From contig CAJINV010000012.1 of the NCBI GenBank assembly GCA_905178155.1, positions 491,271-555,270 on the forward strand: a stretch of DNA of 64,000 nt. The letters run 5' to 3'. A program made the translations under genes and the position numbers. This DNA is from Amoebophrya sp. A120 (taxonomy: Eukaryota; Protista; Dinoflagellata). The stretch's first letter is position 1. Every line of letters starts with the position of its first letter. This document shows, piece by piece, positions 35,138-47,284 of this stretch. The notes under the pieces were generated by a model. It had not been told where the DNA came from, did no database searches, and saw only the letters and a list, made by a program, of their open reading frames with translations.

Positions 35138-36400
35138 GACTGAGATAGGAAAATGCTGTTGGAAAATCTATAGCCTGATTATAACGCGATCAACTGTTGA
35201 ATCAAGAAATATTTTCAAATTTTTCTTTAAGTATCGGAACGCGCGCGCGCAAAGGCCCATCAGAATCGGCGAGCAAAGAATCAGCACACAGTGCACAGAT
35301 CTTGAGCATTCAAGCTGGTTCATGCTCGAGTCGGGCGCCGACTGTGAGCCCTCGACCGGTCGCACAGTTGCGCCGCACTGCTCCGGGTAAAAAGGCCGCC
35401 GCACGGAGTCGCATAGCTTTTGGGGCAATTTGCGCAGCTCCGGAGGCATGACGGTGAAGCGGGCGAGGAAAGCTAGCACATCGGAGACTAGCTAGACGCC
35501 CGTCTTGTCTTGTCCACCAATTTGCCACGGCCTCTGAAGCTCGCCTATCGCGGAAAGCATGTTGGCTTTCTTAATGAAGCTCATGGCGCGCGGCCATTGT
35601 TGCAATGAAGGAACAGGCGCTGGCCAGCGGGATGACGTTTTTGGGCGAAGCTTGAGCGCCCTTCGCTCAGATTTCGCAACTTTTATTTTCGGGCGGCAGG
35701 CTGCGTCGCGTTTCCACCATGCGCAGCTTCGGATCTACAAGTCCGCCACAGTGTTGGCAGAAACCCGTGCGCCCGCCTTCCGGCCGGGGCTCCGGGGTTG
35801 GCCGTTCACTTTGCTTCAGGAGTGGGGGGTGCTGACCTTGTCCCGCGGAAAGGTGCGAGCCGAAGTCTGGCCTTTCGAGGCGTTCCCGGAGGTCCTCAAG
35901 GGAGGTCCTCAAGGGACCTCTACGAGGAGGTCTCATACCATCGGGCGAAGATTTTCCGAACCATTCCACTTTTGGTCGGTTTTAGGAGGTCCCTCGGGGA
36001 GGTCCCCCGGGGAGGTCCCGAAGCAGCACAAACCCAAAGCAATGCAGGTCGAATTGCCTCAGAGCAACAGGCATGCCGGGGCTGGCCATGTGGATCCCCA
36101 TCCTAGCTCCTCCGCCGCCAGTGGGGCAGCAAGGCTTATGCGCCGTGTTCCGACGCACTCCTCTGTCCGCGGCGCGGGTGACGGCAGTCTTATGGCCGGC
36201 TTCGCGTCTGCTAATTTGGCAATGCCTCTGACGGGGTGTCTTCCCATCCCGCTGCGACCCAGGCCCTGCCCGCGTGCCAAGGCAGGAGCCCAACTGATCC
36301 GGGTCTACTAGAAAGGGAGCAGAGCCCCGCCTTCGAGCGGGCTCCGGGCTTCTAAGGCCAGACTGAGATAGGAAAATGCTGTTGGAAAATCTATAGCCTG
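35138..36400. mobile_element. GC-rich ~1.18-kb insert between perfect 40-bp direct repeats
   Basis: GACTGAGATAGGAAAATGCTGTTGGAAAATCTATAGCCTG occurs at 35138-35177 and 36361-36400. Confidence 0.7.
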
Positions 36401-37059
36401 GTAGAGTTTATTTCATAGGACATTCAGAATCTGGTTCGGGTTTGCATTTGCGATAATAGAAAAGCGCAAAATTAAAAAAATTGAGCTCGCATGTGGAGGA
36501 GCAGCGCAGCTGATTTTGATCAAGATCGTCATTTTGCAGATAAAGGGCGAGGGGATCGACAACAAATTGGACTCATTTACTGATCTTGATGTCTAGAAGT
36601 GCTGAAGATTTTTGCTGTCAGAAGGGATCTTTTCCTTCTGTTTTGGAACAACATTTTGCAGCAGCTGCACACACAGCTTCAACATCGTGGGGATATTGAC
36701 TTGTTTTGTGCAACACTGGAAATTGTACATGCGAGTTTTCGAAGATGATCCACATCCTCGAGAGATTCAAAACTTTCGGCTTTCTTGGAAGCTTTTCAAT
36801 GAAACATCGTGGCGTCATCGTCAGAAACTGAAACGGACACTACATCATTCAGGTTCACGCTGTTGCTAGCTACCAGTCGTTATGCTTGAGAAACCGCAAA
36901 ACGCTACTGCAGCCACACCGGTTTGTTCTTTCCCCGCAGTCCCGGGTCACCACGGACAGTGTAGTCGGGCGACGATGACGACCACCTGAATTTTCGTGTC
37001 GAGAAAACTTGTCATTGGTACTTAATCAGAAACCTAAGTAAACACTCCAAGACAATCCG

Positions 37060-38603
37060 TTATACAGCGACAGGAGAAAATATCAAATACCCGCCGCCCC
37101 CTCGTCCACCCTGCCCGTAAAAATACGATTCCCCTGGACCTCCTCCAACCGAGCTGCTGCCAAAACTTCCTCCCAAACTTTCCAGCTCTTTTCGCCGTTC
37201 GTAATGCTCTTCCAAGCTAAATCCGGTGCTGGGCTGCTTCAACTGCATCAGGTTCTCGAGTTTCTCGTGCAGGGATTTCTGGCTCGCGGTTAGTTTCTTC
37301 AAGTACAGCTCGTCCCGTTGTACCAAATCCCGGAAGTGCGGCGTGATGTCGTTCTTCATTCTGTCGATCTCGTTCTGCTGCGCCGCGATATCCATTGCAA
37401 ATATGTCTGGGTCTGGAAACTTGTGATGCAAGAAAGGGAATAGTGACCTCACTGTAATGCGCCGCCAAGCATGACAAGTTTTTTTCATGGTTCTGAGTTG
37501 CGTATTCCGCATCAGAAACTGCGTTTTTGCATGACAGGGAGGAGGAGCTCTTTGCGGCCACGCAATACAGAGTTCAGAGTCATGCCAGATTAGCATGACA
37601 AGTCTCAGAATCCAGACCCAGACATTTTTACATTTGATACGCTATCTGCTGTTGGAGTTGTTGTGTCTGCCGGGAAATCGAGAGCACGTTGGATAGACCG
37701 GAGTTAATATTAGTCGAGGGCTGTTGTACTGGGTAAGGCTGTGATGCGGATGCGGAAGAGCTTCTGTTGTTGTAACTTTTGTCGAGAAACTGTTTCGGCG
37801 TGGTCCGACTCATAGCCGGCATCTTGTTGTGATATGAAGTTGTAGATAGGCCTCGAGGAGCCCCACCCCGCGCGGTGGTAGAAGGCGACCCGCTCTTCTT
37901 GTTCCGCGAAGGACTACCAATTCTGCTATTCGGCGAAAAAGCGTGCTGGTAACGGTTCTCGAAAGCAGAGGCGGCCACGTGGTCGACCCAGGCGGTGGAG
38001 TTATGATCAATGTCGTCTTCATCATCATCCGGAGCAGGAGTACCAGCACGTCTCCCTCCAGTGCGTGTTCGGCCGCCGGGACTGCGCGAGGTAGGATCAT
38101 CTCCACCTGCTGTGTCCAACGCGTCCAACGCCTCACCGATTCTCCCCACCTCCTTTTTCAACGCTCGCAGCTGCTCGCGCCGCCCGAGCTTCTGCCGTTC
38201 CTCTTTTGTCTGCTTTGTCGGGAGGTTTGTGTACTTTATGGGGCTCTGAAGCGTTACGTTCTCAACTGTTTCATGGATTTGCCAGGCAAAAACACCATCA
38301 TCATCCTGATCCTCTCGATCAAGCTGCTCTGCGTGACAAATTTGCGCAGGGCTAAGTAGCACTATGATCCGCCCGAAATCTGTAATGCAAAAGAGGCAAT
38401 CTTCCTCCTTTCACTTTTGCCCTTCTTGCATTACAAATTCATGTAACAGTTGAGAATGTAACATTTGAGAACTCCATATACTTCTTCCGCAACTTGTCGA
38501 CCTCTGTGGCGAGCTCCTCGATCAGAGCACGGTAGTCTGTTTTTGGGCGCGAGGAAGATGAGGATTGCTGGGCGCCCGCGGGGCTGCGAGAAGGGAGGGA
38601 CAT
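37060..38603 (-). CDS. Hypothetical coiled-coil protein with two TIR introns; 3' end uncertain
   Basis: ATG at 38603 (MSLPSRSP...). Junctions KLRKKY-TNLP and QQIA-AQQNE are restored by removing the elements. Confidence 0.72.
37389..37639. mobile_element. TIR introner, family F
   Basis: TATCCATTGCAAATATGTCTGGGTCTGG...CCAGACCCAGACATTTTTACATTTGATA; direct repeat CGCGA/CGCTA. Confidence 0.89.
38237..38478. mobile_element. TIR introner, family C
   Basis: TATGGGGCTCTGAAGCGTTACGTTCTCAACTG...CAGTTGAGAATGTAACATTTGAGAACTCCATA; direct repeat TACTT/TACTT. Confidence 0.9.
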
Positions 38604-38809
38604 AGTTCTGGAGGTGATTGTCTGTCGAGTGAACTGCAGCTCTTGCACATACGCAATAGCTACGAGGATAGAAGCGATTTCTTGTTCTATAAATGTCGAA
38701 GAGCCTGAATTCATTGTATTCCTTCCAATTTATATCGAGCGCCTGCCACCACAATAAAAGGCTCGCTCTTGTTGCTCAAGAGCAAGCTTACTATGTTAGA
38801 GTTAGCAGC

Positions 38810-40980
38810 CCATGTTGTGCATACGGCCACGGTGCGCGTGCGGGGGCTGCAGCTCCAGAAAGACCGTTTGTCCACGTGCGAGGAACACTGAGAGCAACAT
38901 CATCGGACACAACCAAAGGGGCGCCTGGGTCGCCTCCTACGGCTTCGCCATCCTTGCTTCGATCGCGGGCACGGGCTGCGGCCCTGCGCGCAATACAATT
39001 CGCGTCGCCACAGGGCATAAATAGCAATAAGCGACATGCGTTCAACCTACCGCACAAACTCGGGCGGCGGGCCGCTGCCACCAGCGGCTTCCTGCAGCCA
39101 GTAGACCGGCTGCGCCGGCGGCAGTCCCTCTCAACGGGATCGGACCCCAATGGGCCCGGAAATAAAAAAATCACGAATCCCAAAAGAAAAACGAAAAAAA
39201 AAATTTTTACACTGCCGCCCTATTGTGCCAAACCACTCCGCCGGGGCTCGCTCGATAGGAAATCTGTAGGCCCTAAAATAACGCCGGGGCTTTGTCAACA
39301 GGCTGCGGACCTGTGGGCTCCGGGGTTTTCGAAGAACTGCGCCACATGAAATCGAGCACGCAACTTTTGTTCGGGCAAACACAACTTCACCGAAAAAAAA
39401 GAAAAACACCGAATAAATTTGCGCCAAAAAATTGCTTTCTTTGCGACATGAGTGCGACACGGGTGCGACACCGGTGCGACACGGGTGCGACATTTTTCGG
39501 GTTCTTCCTGAAATCCCTAAGAAAAAAAAAACCACGGCCGAAAGCCGATTTTTTTTAATTATTTCAGATTTTTTGTCGCAACAAAGGCGATTTTTTGTCG
39601 CAGAATTAATTGGCCACTCGCCCACCCAAAACTTTCCCACCCAGCATCCCTCTCCCATCCCGAAGCACACACCGGCAACATGGGCTCCCTCTGCCGGCCC
39701 CACTCCAATCCCTTGCGCCCAAGCCTGCTTTTCCCGCCCAACCCACAAACCCAAGACACACAACCAGAAAAAGAAAACGCACCAGCGAGCGGCTGCAAGA
39801 ACTGCGAAAACCCTGCGAAAACTTAAAAGCGCGAAAATTTTCCGGCTTTTGTGATTTTTTTGCTTTTCTGACTACTGGGGGCCGATCCCGTTGATCCCTC
39901 GCGTCCGTCACACGGACCGGCGGCGACACATACTTACCTACACCACCGGTCCGCGACGCAAGGAAGCAATCAGCCGAAGGCCCAAGGGCCTGGGCACTCA
40001 CATCCAAGTGGGGCCTGCGGCCCGCCGGGCGCTAGTGCGCGCGGCATGCGCCTGGGGGTATACGCGCAAACAAGACAACGGCGCACACTGAAACAGCTCG
40101 GGGCGGGCAAGCAGCAAGCGAAGGCCGCCAAGCCTGCCCAAAACTGCAAACGAGAGAGGGGCCTGGGCAGACGCGCGGGGCATTGCTGGGCGTGCGTGGC
40201 TTGTTTGGCACACAGCGGAGAGCTTCGCCGGCGCGCCGCGCCTTTTCGGCATGGGGAGCTTCTCCGGCATTTGTTTTTCCCAGAAAGCGTTTTCCCCAGC
40301 GCGCACCGCAACAAGCGCCCCCGGCGCCACATTGTCTACACGCGCCAAACGGCCGCAAACCTCACCCGGGCAACGCCCGGGGGCACTGCGCTACCGCTGC
40401 GGCAACCAACCTGGGGGGCGGGGCGGCCAATGCGCGGCAATGCGCGCCATCGATGCACGGGCGCGCGCGGCTCGCGCGCGCGGCGGCTGAAAATCGGCAG
40501 CAAATTGCCCCAAGCCGGCGCCGTCTGCAGCGGGGGCTGGCTCGAATCGGGGCCGCTCGCTGCGGAAGCCTCCGAGGGTGTCGCCACGCGCGCAGTCGAC
40601 GACTGCGCGCATGCCCCTCGAAACGTCGCGCCGACCTCTATCGCCCGAAACCGCTCAAAAACCACCCGGAGCTCTTCGCCTGTCGCCCCGCGGGCGGCAA
40701 TTGGCCACATAAGGCGCGCGCATGCTTTGACACCGTCGCGGCGGTCTGCAAGGGAGGCCGCGTCAGGTCGGCGCCCATCCTGGCTCTGTGGCCACTCGGT
40801 CGCGCTGCGGGGCGGGCTCGACAGGCCAGCCGGAACCCGCGCGGTGTAGCGGCGTGGGTGGACCAATACCGCACTAAGCCGCTGCGCATTAAAATGTTGG
40901 AAAAGAATAGAAGCCAAAATCCGGCAACCCACACACAAACCGAAAAGAACCGGGAGAACAACCACGGCGCAAATGAGATG
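38810..40980. other. GC-rich non-coding island, probably repeat-derived; limits approximate
   Basis: Abrupt shift to GC/CpG-rich sequence with A/T tracts. Only R/P/G/A-biased ORFs, which look spurious. Confidence 0.5.
39442..39492 (+). repeat. Five TGCGACA motifs at an exact 11-bp period
   Basis: TGCGACA at 39442, 39453, 39464, 39475 and 39486. Confidence 0.9.
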
Positions 40981-42221
40981 AACAGCGCCTTCAGCTCATT
41001 CTTTCATGAGACTGTCGCCACCTGGTACAGCTGCTACTGTTCTTGTTGAGCCTTGCTGCTATACAAACAACAAGTAACAGCGACACACAGGTTCAAGTTG
41101 TACACGCTTTATTTTACCTCAGTTCAGTACATGTTTCGGCAGTCGGGTTTTCACAGCATCAACAACTTTGTTTTCTGCGTCACAACAAACCTGCAGAACA
41201 ACAACGACAAAAACCAGAATTCAGCTGACGCGCATGTATATTTGCTTGAAATGGCAGCGAGAAAATTTTACTTCGTAGCAAAATGTGAACAACAACAGGA
41301 GCCCTACGATCGCCAAAGCATATAAGTATTACATCTACAAATAGTTATAAAATTTTGCAAGTGGTTTACAGCACCAAAGAAACCGGACTCAACGCGACGC
41401 CAACCTAACCACTCTTAGTGATAACAACGAGGGAGAATAAAAAATGTCCTTTTCAACTTCTTGGCCAAACACCAGCTGCAGAACTCCTCATCTGTGCTCG
41501 CGAGTGGCCATGTAATTTTTGGTACTGTGGTGGCCACCCGAAGCAGTCGTCTCCATAATTTCGCTGCGTTTAAAAAGGATACAATTACAGGACAAATTCG
41601 CGAAATCGAAGCAGATAAACCATGTGGTTCCACATCAATATCGCCCGAGGAAGCTGTGGTCTGCGATTCCTTTTGCCTCTACGGTCTACGTTGTTGGTTT
41701 AGCAGATTGATGTGAAAAGCAATTCATTGATGAAATAAGGCTCCATACGTTTTTGTTTTCTTGCCGGGAACAGAATCTTCATGAAGCTGCTCTCCCGATG
41801 CTGATTTTTTGAAAATGAAGATAATGCGAGATATCGGAAAAGTTTACTTTGTCATGCTTCGCAAAAGACTCGTAGAAAATGTCTCGTGACACTATTTCTA
41901 CTTCTTTGAGCCCTTGCCATAGTAGTTGTGCAACATCCTACGCTGGTCCTGATGTTGAAGTAAATTGTTGTAAATACTACAAAAAACGATGTTCATTTTG
42001 ATGCTTCTAGATCAATCCAGGCTGAAGATGCTGTTGCTGGTTGTGGTGTTCTTGTGTGGTCTACTATTCCTATGCGACGAGGAGAAATTGTTTTTTGTCA
42101 GCTGACCTTATCTTATGGGCCAGCTGCTGTGCTAGGTAGTTGTGTGTGGTCATCTTCATCTACTGCTCCTCCGTCGGGGTGGTTAAGCACAACAGGCACC
42201 TTCAGAAATCCTGGGAAAAAA

Positions 42222-42374
42222 TATGGATTGCAGAAGTATCGTACTAGTATAAATTGCAATACAAATTTCCTTAGATGAATGAGAAATGGAATTTGTAATG
42301 GGGATTTGCCCTGATAAGAAGATTTGTAATGCATGATTGCAATTACTACAAGTACGATACTTTTGCACGGGATA
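42222..42374. mobile_element. TIR element, family A, in apparently non-coding DNA
   Basis: TATGGATTGCAGAAGTATCGTACT...AGTACGATACTTTTGCACGGGATA; direct repeat AAAAA/AAAAA. Confidence 0.88.
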
Positions 42375-42428
42375 AAAAAATTTGTGCGACAATTGTAAGT
42401 AAACTGGACGAGATTTATTAATCTCTCT

Positions 42429-42701
42429 TATGCATTGCAAAAATGTCTGGGTCCTCTGGAAGGATGCAAGTTGTCATGCTAAGTCTGGATAGTACAAAAA
42501 TTTGTCTTGCATGATTGCCAAAAGGTGTCCACGTTTGAACAAGGTTAGCGGCAGTTTGTCATGCAGGATAGACATGATAGTGATAGAGACTTCGCAGAAC
42601 CTGTCATGCTAGGTCCTGCATCTCAGACCTCATGGGGCATGCAAAATATGCATGACAAGTTTGCACTCTTCCAGACCGCCCAGATATATTTGCATTTGAT
42701 A
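42429..42701. mobile_element. TIR element, family F, in apparently non-coding DNA
   Basis: TATGCATTGCAAAAATGTCTGGG...CCCAGATATATTTGCATTTGATA; direct repeat TCTCT/TCTCT. Confidence 0.88.
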
Positions 42702-43269
42702 TCTCTGTTGTTAAGCTTATCTTTGAGAATTATACGAAAACGGAGTCTAGTTCTTTTCATAAGCGATCTTCTACGACAAGAAAATATCGCCCTTCATCTC
42801 GGATATCTTCTAGAAGCGGGATTTTGTAATATGCGTACTATCTATCCCAGGAGTGGGCGGGGTGGCGAGGATTTGAATAAAGGTATGAAGTGCGGGGAGA
42901 TCAGGAGCGTGATGCTAGGTAGAGAGTAGCTAGTGCCTTCATAGAAACGGGTTCTTCAGGAAGGGTAAGGCACTAAGAGCAGTAGATTGATAAAATCTCG
43001 GAGCTAACTCAGATCCGGAAGTAGGTATCGTATGAAAGTGGCTGTGACAACATCAAAAGGTTTAATCTTCCACTTCCAGCAGCAGGTTAGGGTCTAATTG
43101 TGAGGTTGTCAGTTTCATCGCATCTCCACCACACCACACCCACAGATGCGCTAGCGCCGCTTTCTTCACGTTCACCAGTCGCATAGGTATCAAAGTTCCA
43201 ATCCGTTTTCTAAAATCCGAAAATCCGAGTTTATTCCCTTGTACTATTCCCCTCCGAAGATGAAACTGA

Positions 43270-46201
43270 TTAACGCGGCGAGTTCATGGTTTTCGCTTTC
43301 GCGGCCTTGGTTTTTTTCTCGTTCTGGATGTTCTTTTCCAGGGCCTTCATGCGCAACCGCAACTGCTCGTTTTCGGATTTGACCTCCTCCAGCAATCGCT
43401 TCTGGTCGTTCAACTCCTCCGTTTGCTCCGACTGCATCTTCTGCTGCGCGAGCTTAATTTGCTCGGCGAACTGCGTCTCGTAGACAATTTCGTCCTTTTT
43501 CACCTGCTCCTGCTTCGCCACAAGTTCCTTCTCCAACTGTTTTTTTGTACGTTTTTATTTGTGATGCATAGGAAAGAAGTGATGGTGATACTGTCATGCG
43601 ACCTCTGTCAACATGAACATGTGAAAGACTCAATTCTGTCATGCAAGAACCACAACAATCAATACCGCTTCTCTTCTCTTGGCCACCACTGCTGCCTTTC
43701 CGTTTTCCTCATCTCTTGTGTCGGCCAAAGAGTTTTCGATTTTTCGGATTTCTCCTTCCATGCGAAGTTTTTCCCGGTTGAGTTCCGTGTTTTTTTCTTT
43801 CAGTTCCTTCATGCGGTCGTCCTCTTTCTGTTTCTTCGCAAGCAACTCGGCCTTCTGCTGGGCCAAGGTGTTCTTGGTCTGAAGATAGTTTATGTTTTTA
43901 TTTGGGTTTCTATTTGATTGGATTTGGATCAGTTGTCATTGTCATGCATAAGACGCAGCAAGCACGTCCTCGGCACCGTGCCGGAACTTGTCATGCAAAA
44001 AAAGCAAAACTCGCACACTTTCTCATGCTAGAAATGTAATCTAGTAAAAAACAATTTTCACCTGTTCCAGCTGCTGTATCTGCACCTTCACTTGTGTGCT
44101 CTCGTCAATTTTCTGATTCGTCTCGGTCGTGATGTCGTTAGCCTGCTTCTGAGCGGTCTCACCCTCGGTCTTCAGGGATCGGAGCTGTGTTGTGATGTGG
44201 TTTTTGCATCACAAATCGAAAAACAAATCGCTTCAGAGAGGGAGAAGTTTGTCATGCGGAGGATGCGAAAGAGAAAGCTTTGTCATGCATGAAATGCATA
44301 GCAGAAAAATTATACCTCTTCCTCGCTCTTTTCCACAAGTCCGTTGATCGTAGCCTGCTCCTCTTCCAGTTCCAATTGAAGGCTGTGAAGGTTATCCTTG
44401 GATTCCGCTAGTTGGTTGGCATCTGTGAAGTAGAGGTTTTATTTGTAATAGTGCATCAAAATTGGAGTCTTATTCTGTCATGCGTGCCATGCATTGAGAA
44501 CCTGAAATTTCGTAAATTGATGATAGGATGTTGAGCATAGTTTTCTGCATCACAAAGTCCCGACTGAAATAGTATCCTATACTTGTCTCGTGCTGCGTCT
44601 TCAACATCTCGACTTGTGCCGACAATTCCGTAACCTGGGACTCGATCGGGGTTAAACCTGCTTCCAACTGTGCTTTCTTCCAGACTTGGTCATTCTCTGC
44701 CCGTTGCTTTTCTAAAGCCGCGGTCAACGTCTGGACCGTGTTTGCCTGATTTGTATTGCGGATGAGAGATTAGAACGAGATAACACTGAAGTTCGTTCTT
44801 TGTCATGCATATTCCGCTCTGGTAAAAGACTTTGTCTTGCACAGCTCGCAACATGATCATCAAAAATACCAAAGCGCCTTCCTCCTGGCCGCTTCGCTCG
44901 ATAATTTTCAAAAATTCCTGCTCCGCAACAAGGGCGGCCTTGTTCAACTTCTCAATGTTTTCCTCCAACCTGAAGTAGATTTGAATTTGATTTTTTTATA
45001 ACGAAGTCGCATTACAGTTACAGACTTGCTGCATGATCATATCCAGTTGCAAACACAACTAGCACTATCACTGTAACATACCTTCTAGAATAAACATTAG
45101 CAACATGACGAAATGCGCCTGGTATCAAAAAACCTACAACACAAATTTCAATACTCTTTTTCCTGCTCTTCTCTCTGTGCTTCCATGGTGGCTTTGTTTT
45201 CTTGCAATTCCGCTAACCTGTCCATTGAAACCTTCTCTTTCGCCTTTAAATCTGCTATCGTGGCCTTCAGCTTATCCACCTCCTGCTGCAGAACCGAAGC
45301 GTCTGGCTTGGAAGTGTGGCCTGTGTTTTCATTTCATTTGGGGTCATGTTGCAGCGGAAGCTATTTCTTCACTTGAGTTTCATCGTGAAATCTTTTATCA
45401 CAAAGAACTACCAGGGTAACGTGCATTTACTTTCGTGTTGAAAAAGAACTGCAGTGCATCTTGTATACGTGGTATGGGCAATCATGTGCAAGAAAAACAA
45501 ACTCATTCTCTCTTCATGCAAAATCTTGCAATCAGTATCAGACTCAGAATCACAAAAAACGTGTTTTTCGTTCTCATACCATTCGCCTGCGGTGGGCTTT
45601 GTGTCAACAGCATGGCTTTGTATTGTTCCAGCTGCTCTTCCTTCATCTTCATTTCCTCTCGGTGCTTGGCGATTCCAAGCTCCTTCTCCTTCGCCAACTC
45701 GGACAACTTCCCTTCAATCAGCGCAGCCTGGTCCGTTTTCAGCGTAGAGGTCTCCACAGTCATGCTAGTTAGCAGGTCCGGGGAGTCCGAGCCCGAGATA
45801 GAGCTAGCGGTAGAGGAGTTTTCGGCCGTCGAGGAGGGGATGTATTACAGTGAAAAATGCCCCCACCCCCAAAGTTGCAAAAATTTGTGATGCGAAGTTT
45901 CCAAATAAAAACTTTTTGTCATGCGTGAAAGGAGTATGAATCTTTCTGATGCAGGGGCTAGGCGTATATCGCATCGCTTGCATGACAAGCGCCGCTCCTG
46001 CTGGGATCTTTTGCAATACAAATGTTTGCTATTCACGATTGGAAATATGTGATGCTGATAGATACAAGAGGGCGAGTGTTTCTCTTGGAAAGGTTTGCAA
46101 TACAAATGCTCCCAAGCTCGGGGGTGGGGGCATTTTCATTGTAATAGGATGTCCAAGGTATTCACTTGGTCGAGATCGTCGGTTTTGCTGTGGACCCCCA
46201 T
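43270..46201 (-). CDS. Multi-exon coiled-coil protein; exon limits only partly resolved
   Basis: ATG at 46201 (MGVHSKTDDLDQVNTLDI-PSSTAENSS, joined across element 45843-46146). E/K/Q-rich exons separated by degenerate GT-AG introns. Last exon ends ...KTMNSPR*. Confidence 0.62.
45843..46146. mobile_element. TIR introner, family E
   Basis: TATTACAGTGAAAAATGCCCCCACCCCC...GGGGGTGGGGGCATTTTCATTGTAATA; direct repeat GGATG/GGATG. Confidence 0.9.
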
Positions 46202-47284
46202 TCAGGGATAGGACGGGTTCGTCGTGTCAGATTTTGATGTCCAACTCGCGGGTCAATCTTTCTACGAGCCTTAGTCGTGTAGTTGCGGTCGCCGCCCGTA
46301 CAACTGGGTTAGGGCAGTGGTGGAGGTTGGTGTCGCGGTACTAAGACGGCTGCTGGTCGTGTGGGGCATAGAATGATTCGCTTTAATATGGGCCAAGAAA
46401 TATTATTATACGGATTTTTCCTTGTCGTCGTCTAAATTTTCGAAAAGCTTCGCGCTTTCCTCCTAAAGTGAGCAATTATATGGGAATTGTCCAATGAGTA
46501 ACGTCTGTCGAGCGCTGCCTATGCCTATCCACAGGTCTAAATTCAGAACGAATTGAAGAAGGCGGCTTTATTGACACTAGCGCAGGTCGCGTCTTGTAAA
46601 CCTTGCAGTCGTACCTACGACCGCAAATATGTAGGCTCTTGTAAAATCGCACTTTTTAATATGCTACACGGAGGACAGGAGAAAGCTATACAAAACAACA
46701 AAAGCGTGTTATTGCTTTTCTCGGAAGATCATCAAAAATGGTATTAGCAAGAAAAGTAATGCTATTTATACTGAAAACATTTATGAGATGATGAACATGG
46801 AATACACACTGAATCGCAAGGACTCGAAGATGGTACAATGGAAATGCGCGGATAGCCTGAGACCAGAGAGGCATAATTCCGTTGACGGAGCCAGGTTTAT
46901 GAAATCAATTCCGGTCGTCATCCTCGTACTCGCGAATTTCTCGGATCCAAAAAAGTTGAAATACTTTCTTGATCATTTTGATTTTTTTGAATTTGTTTTT
47001 CATTTTTTTTTTTTTGGATCTGTGCCCGTGCTGCAGTGATTCACTATGAAGCGATTGCTCGAGTGTGTGTCGTGGCTGATCAGAATACTCATACTGCCGA
47101 ATAGCAGCATATATAGAACAGCTTCTGCGTTATTGTCTACTTAGCCAAGTTCTGTCAACGTTCGCGACCGATTTCGATGACTGTAAATTGAGCGCAAGCG
47201 AACAATATGGGCAGAGGATATGATATGCAGCGCATCTCATAGATACTATCTTCGTCACCAAAACGAGGCGACTTTCTTAGTTAC

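Noticed and set aside
38803-41036. TAGCAGC/GCTGCTA as TIRs of the 38.8-41.0 kb island
   Set aside because: The match is only 7 bp and the flanks (AGAGT versus CTGTT) do not form a TSD.
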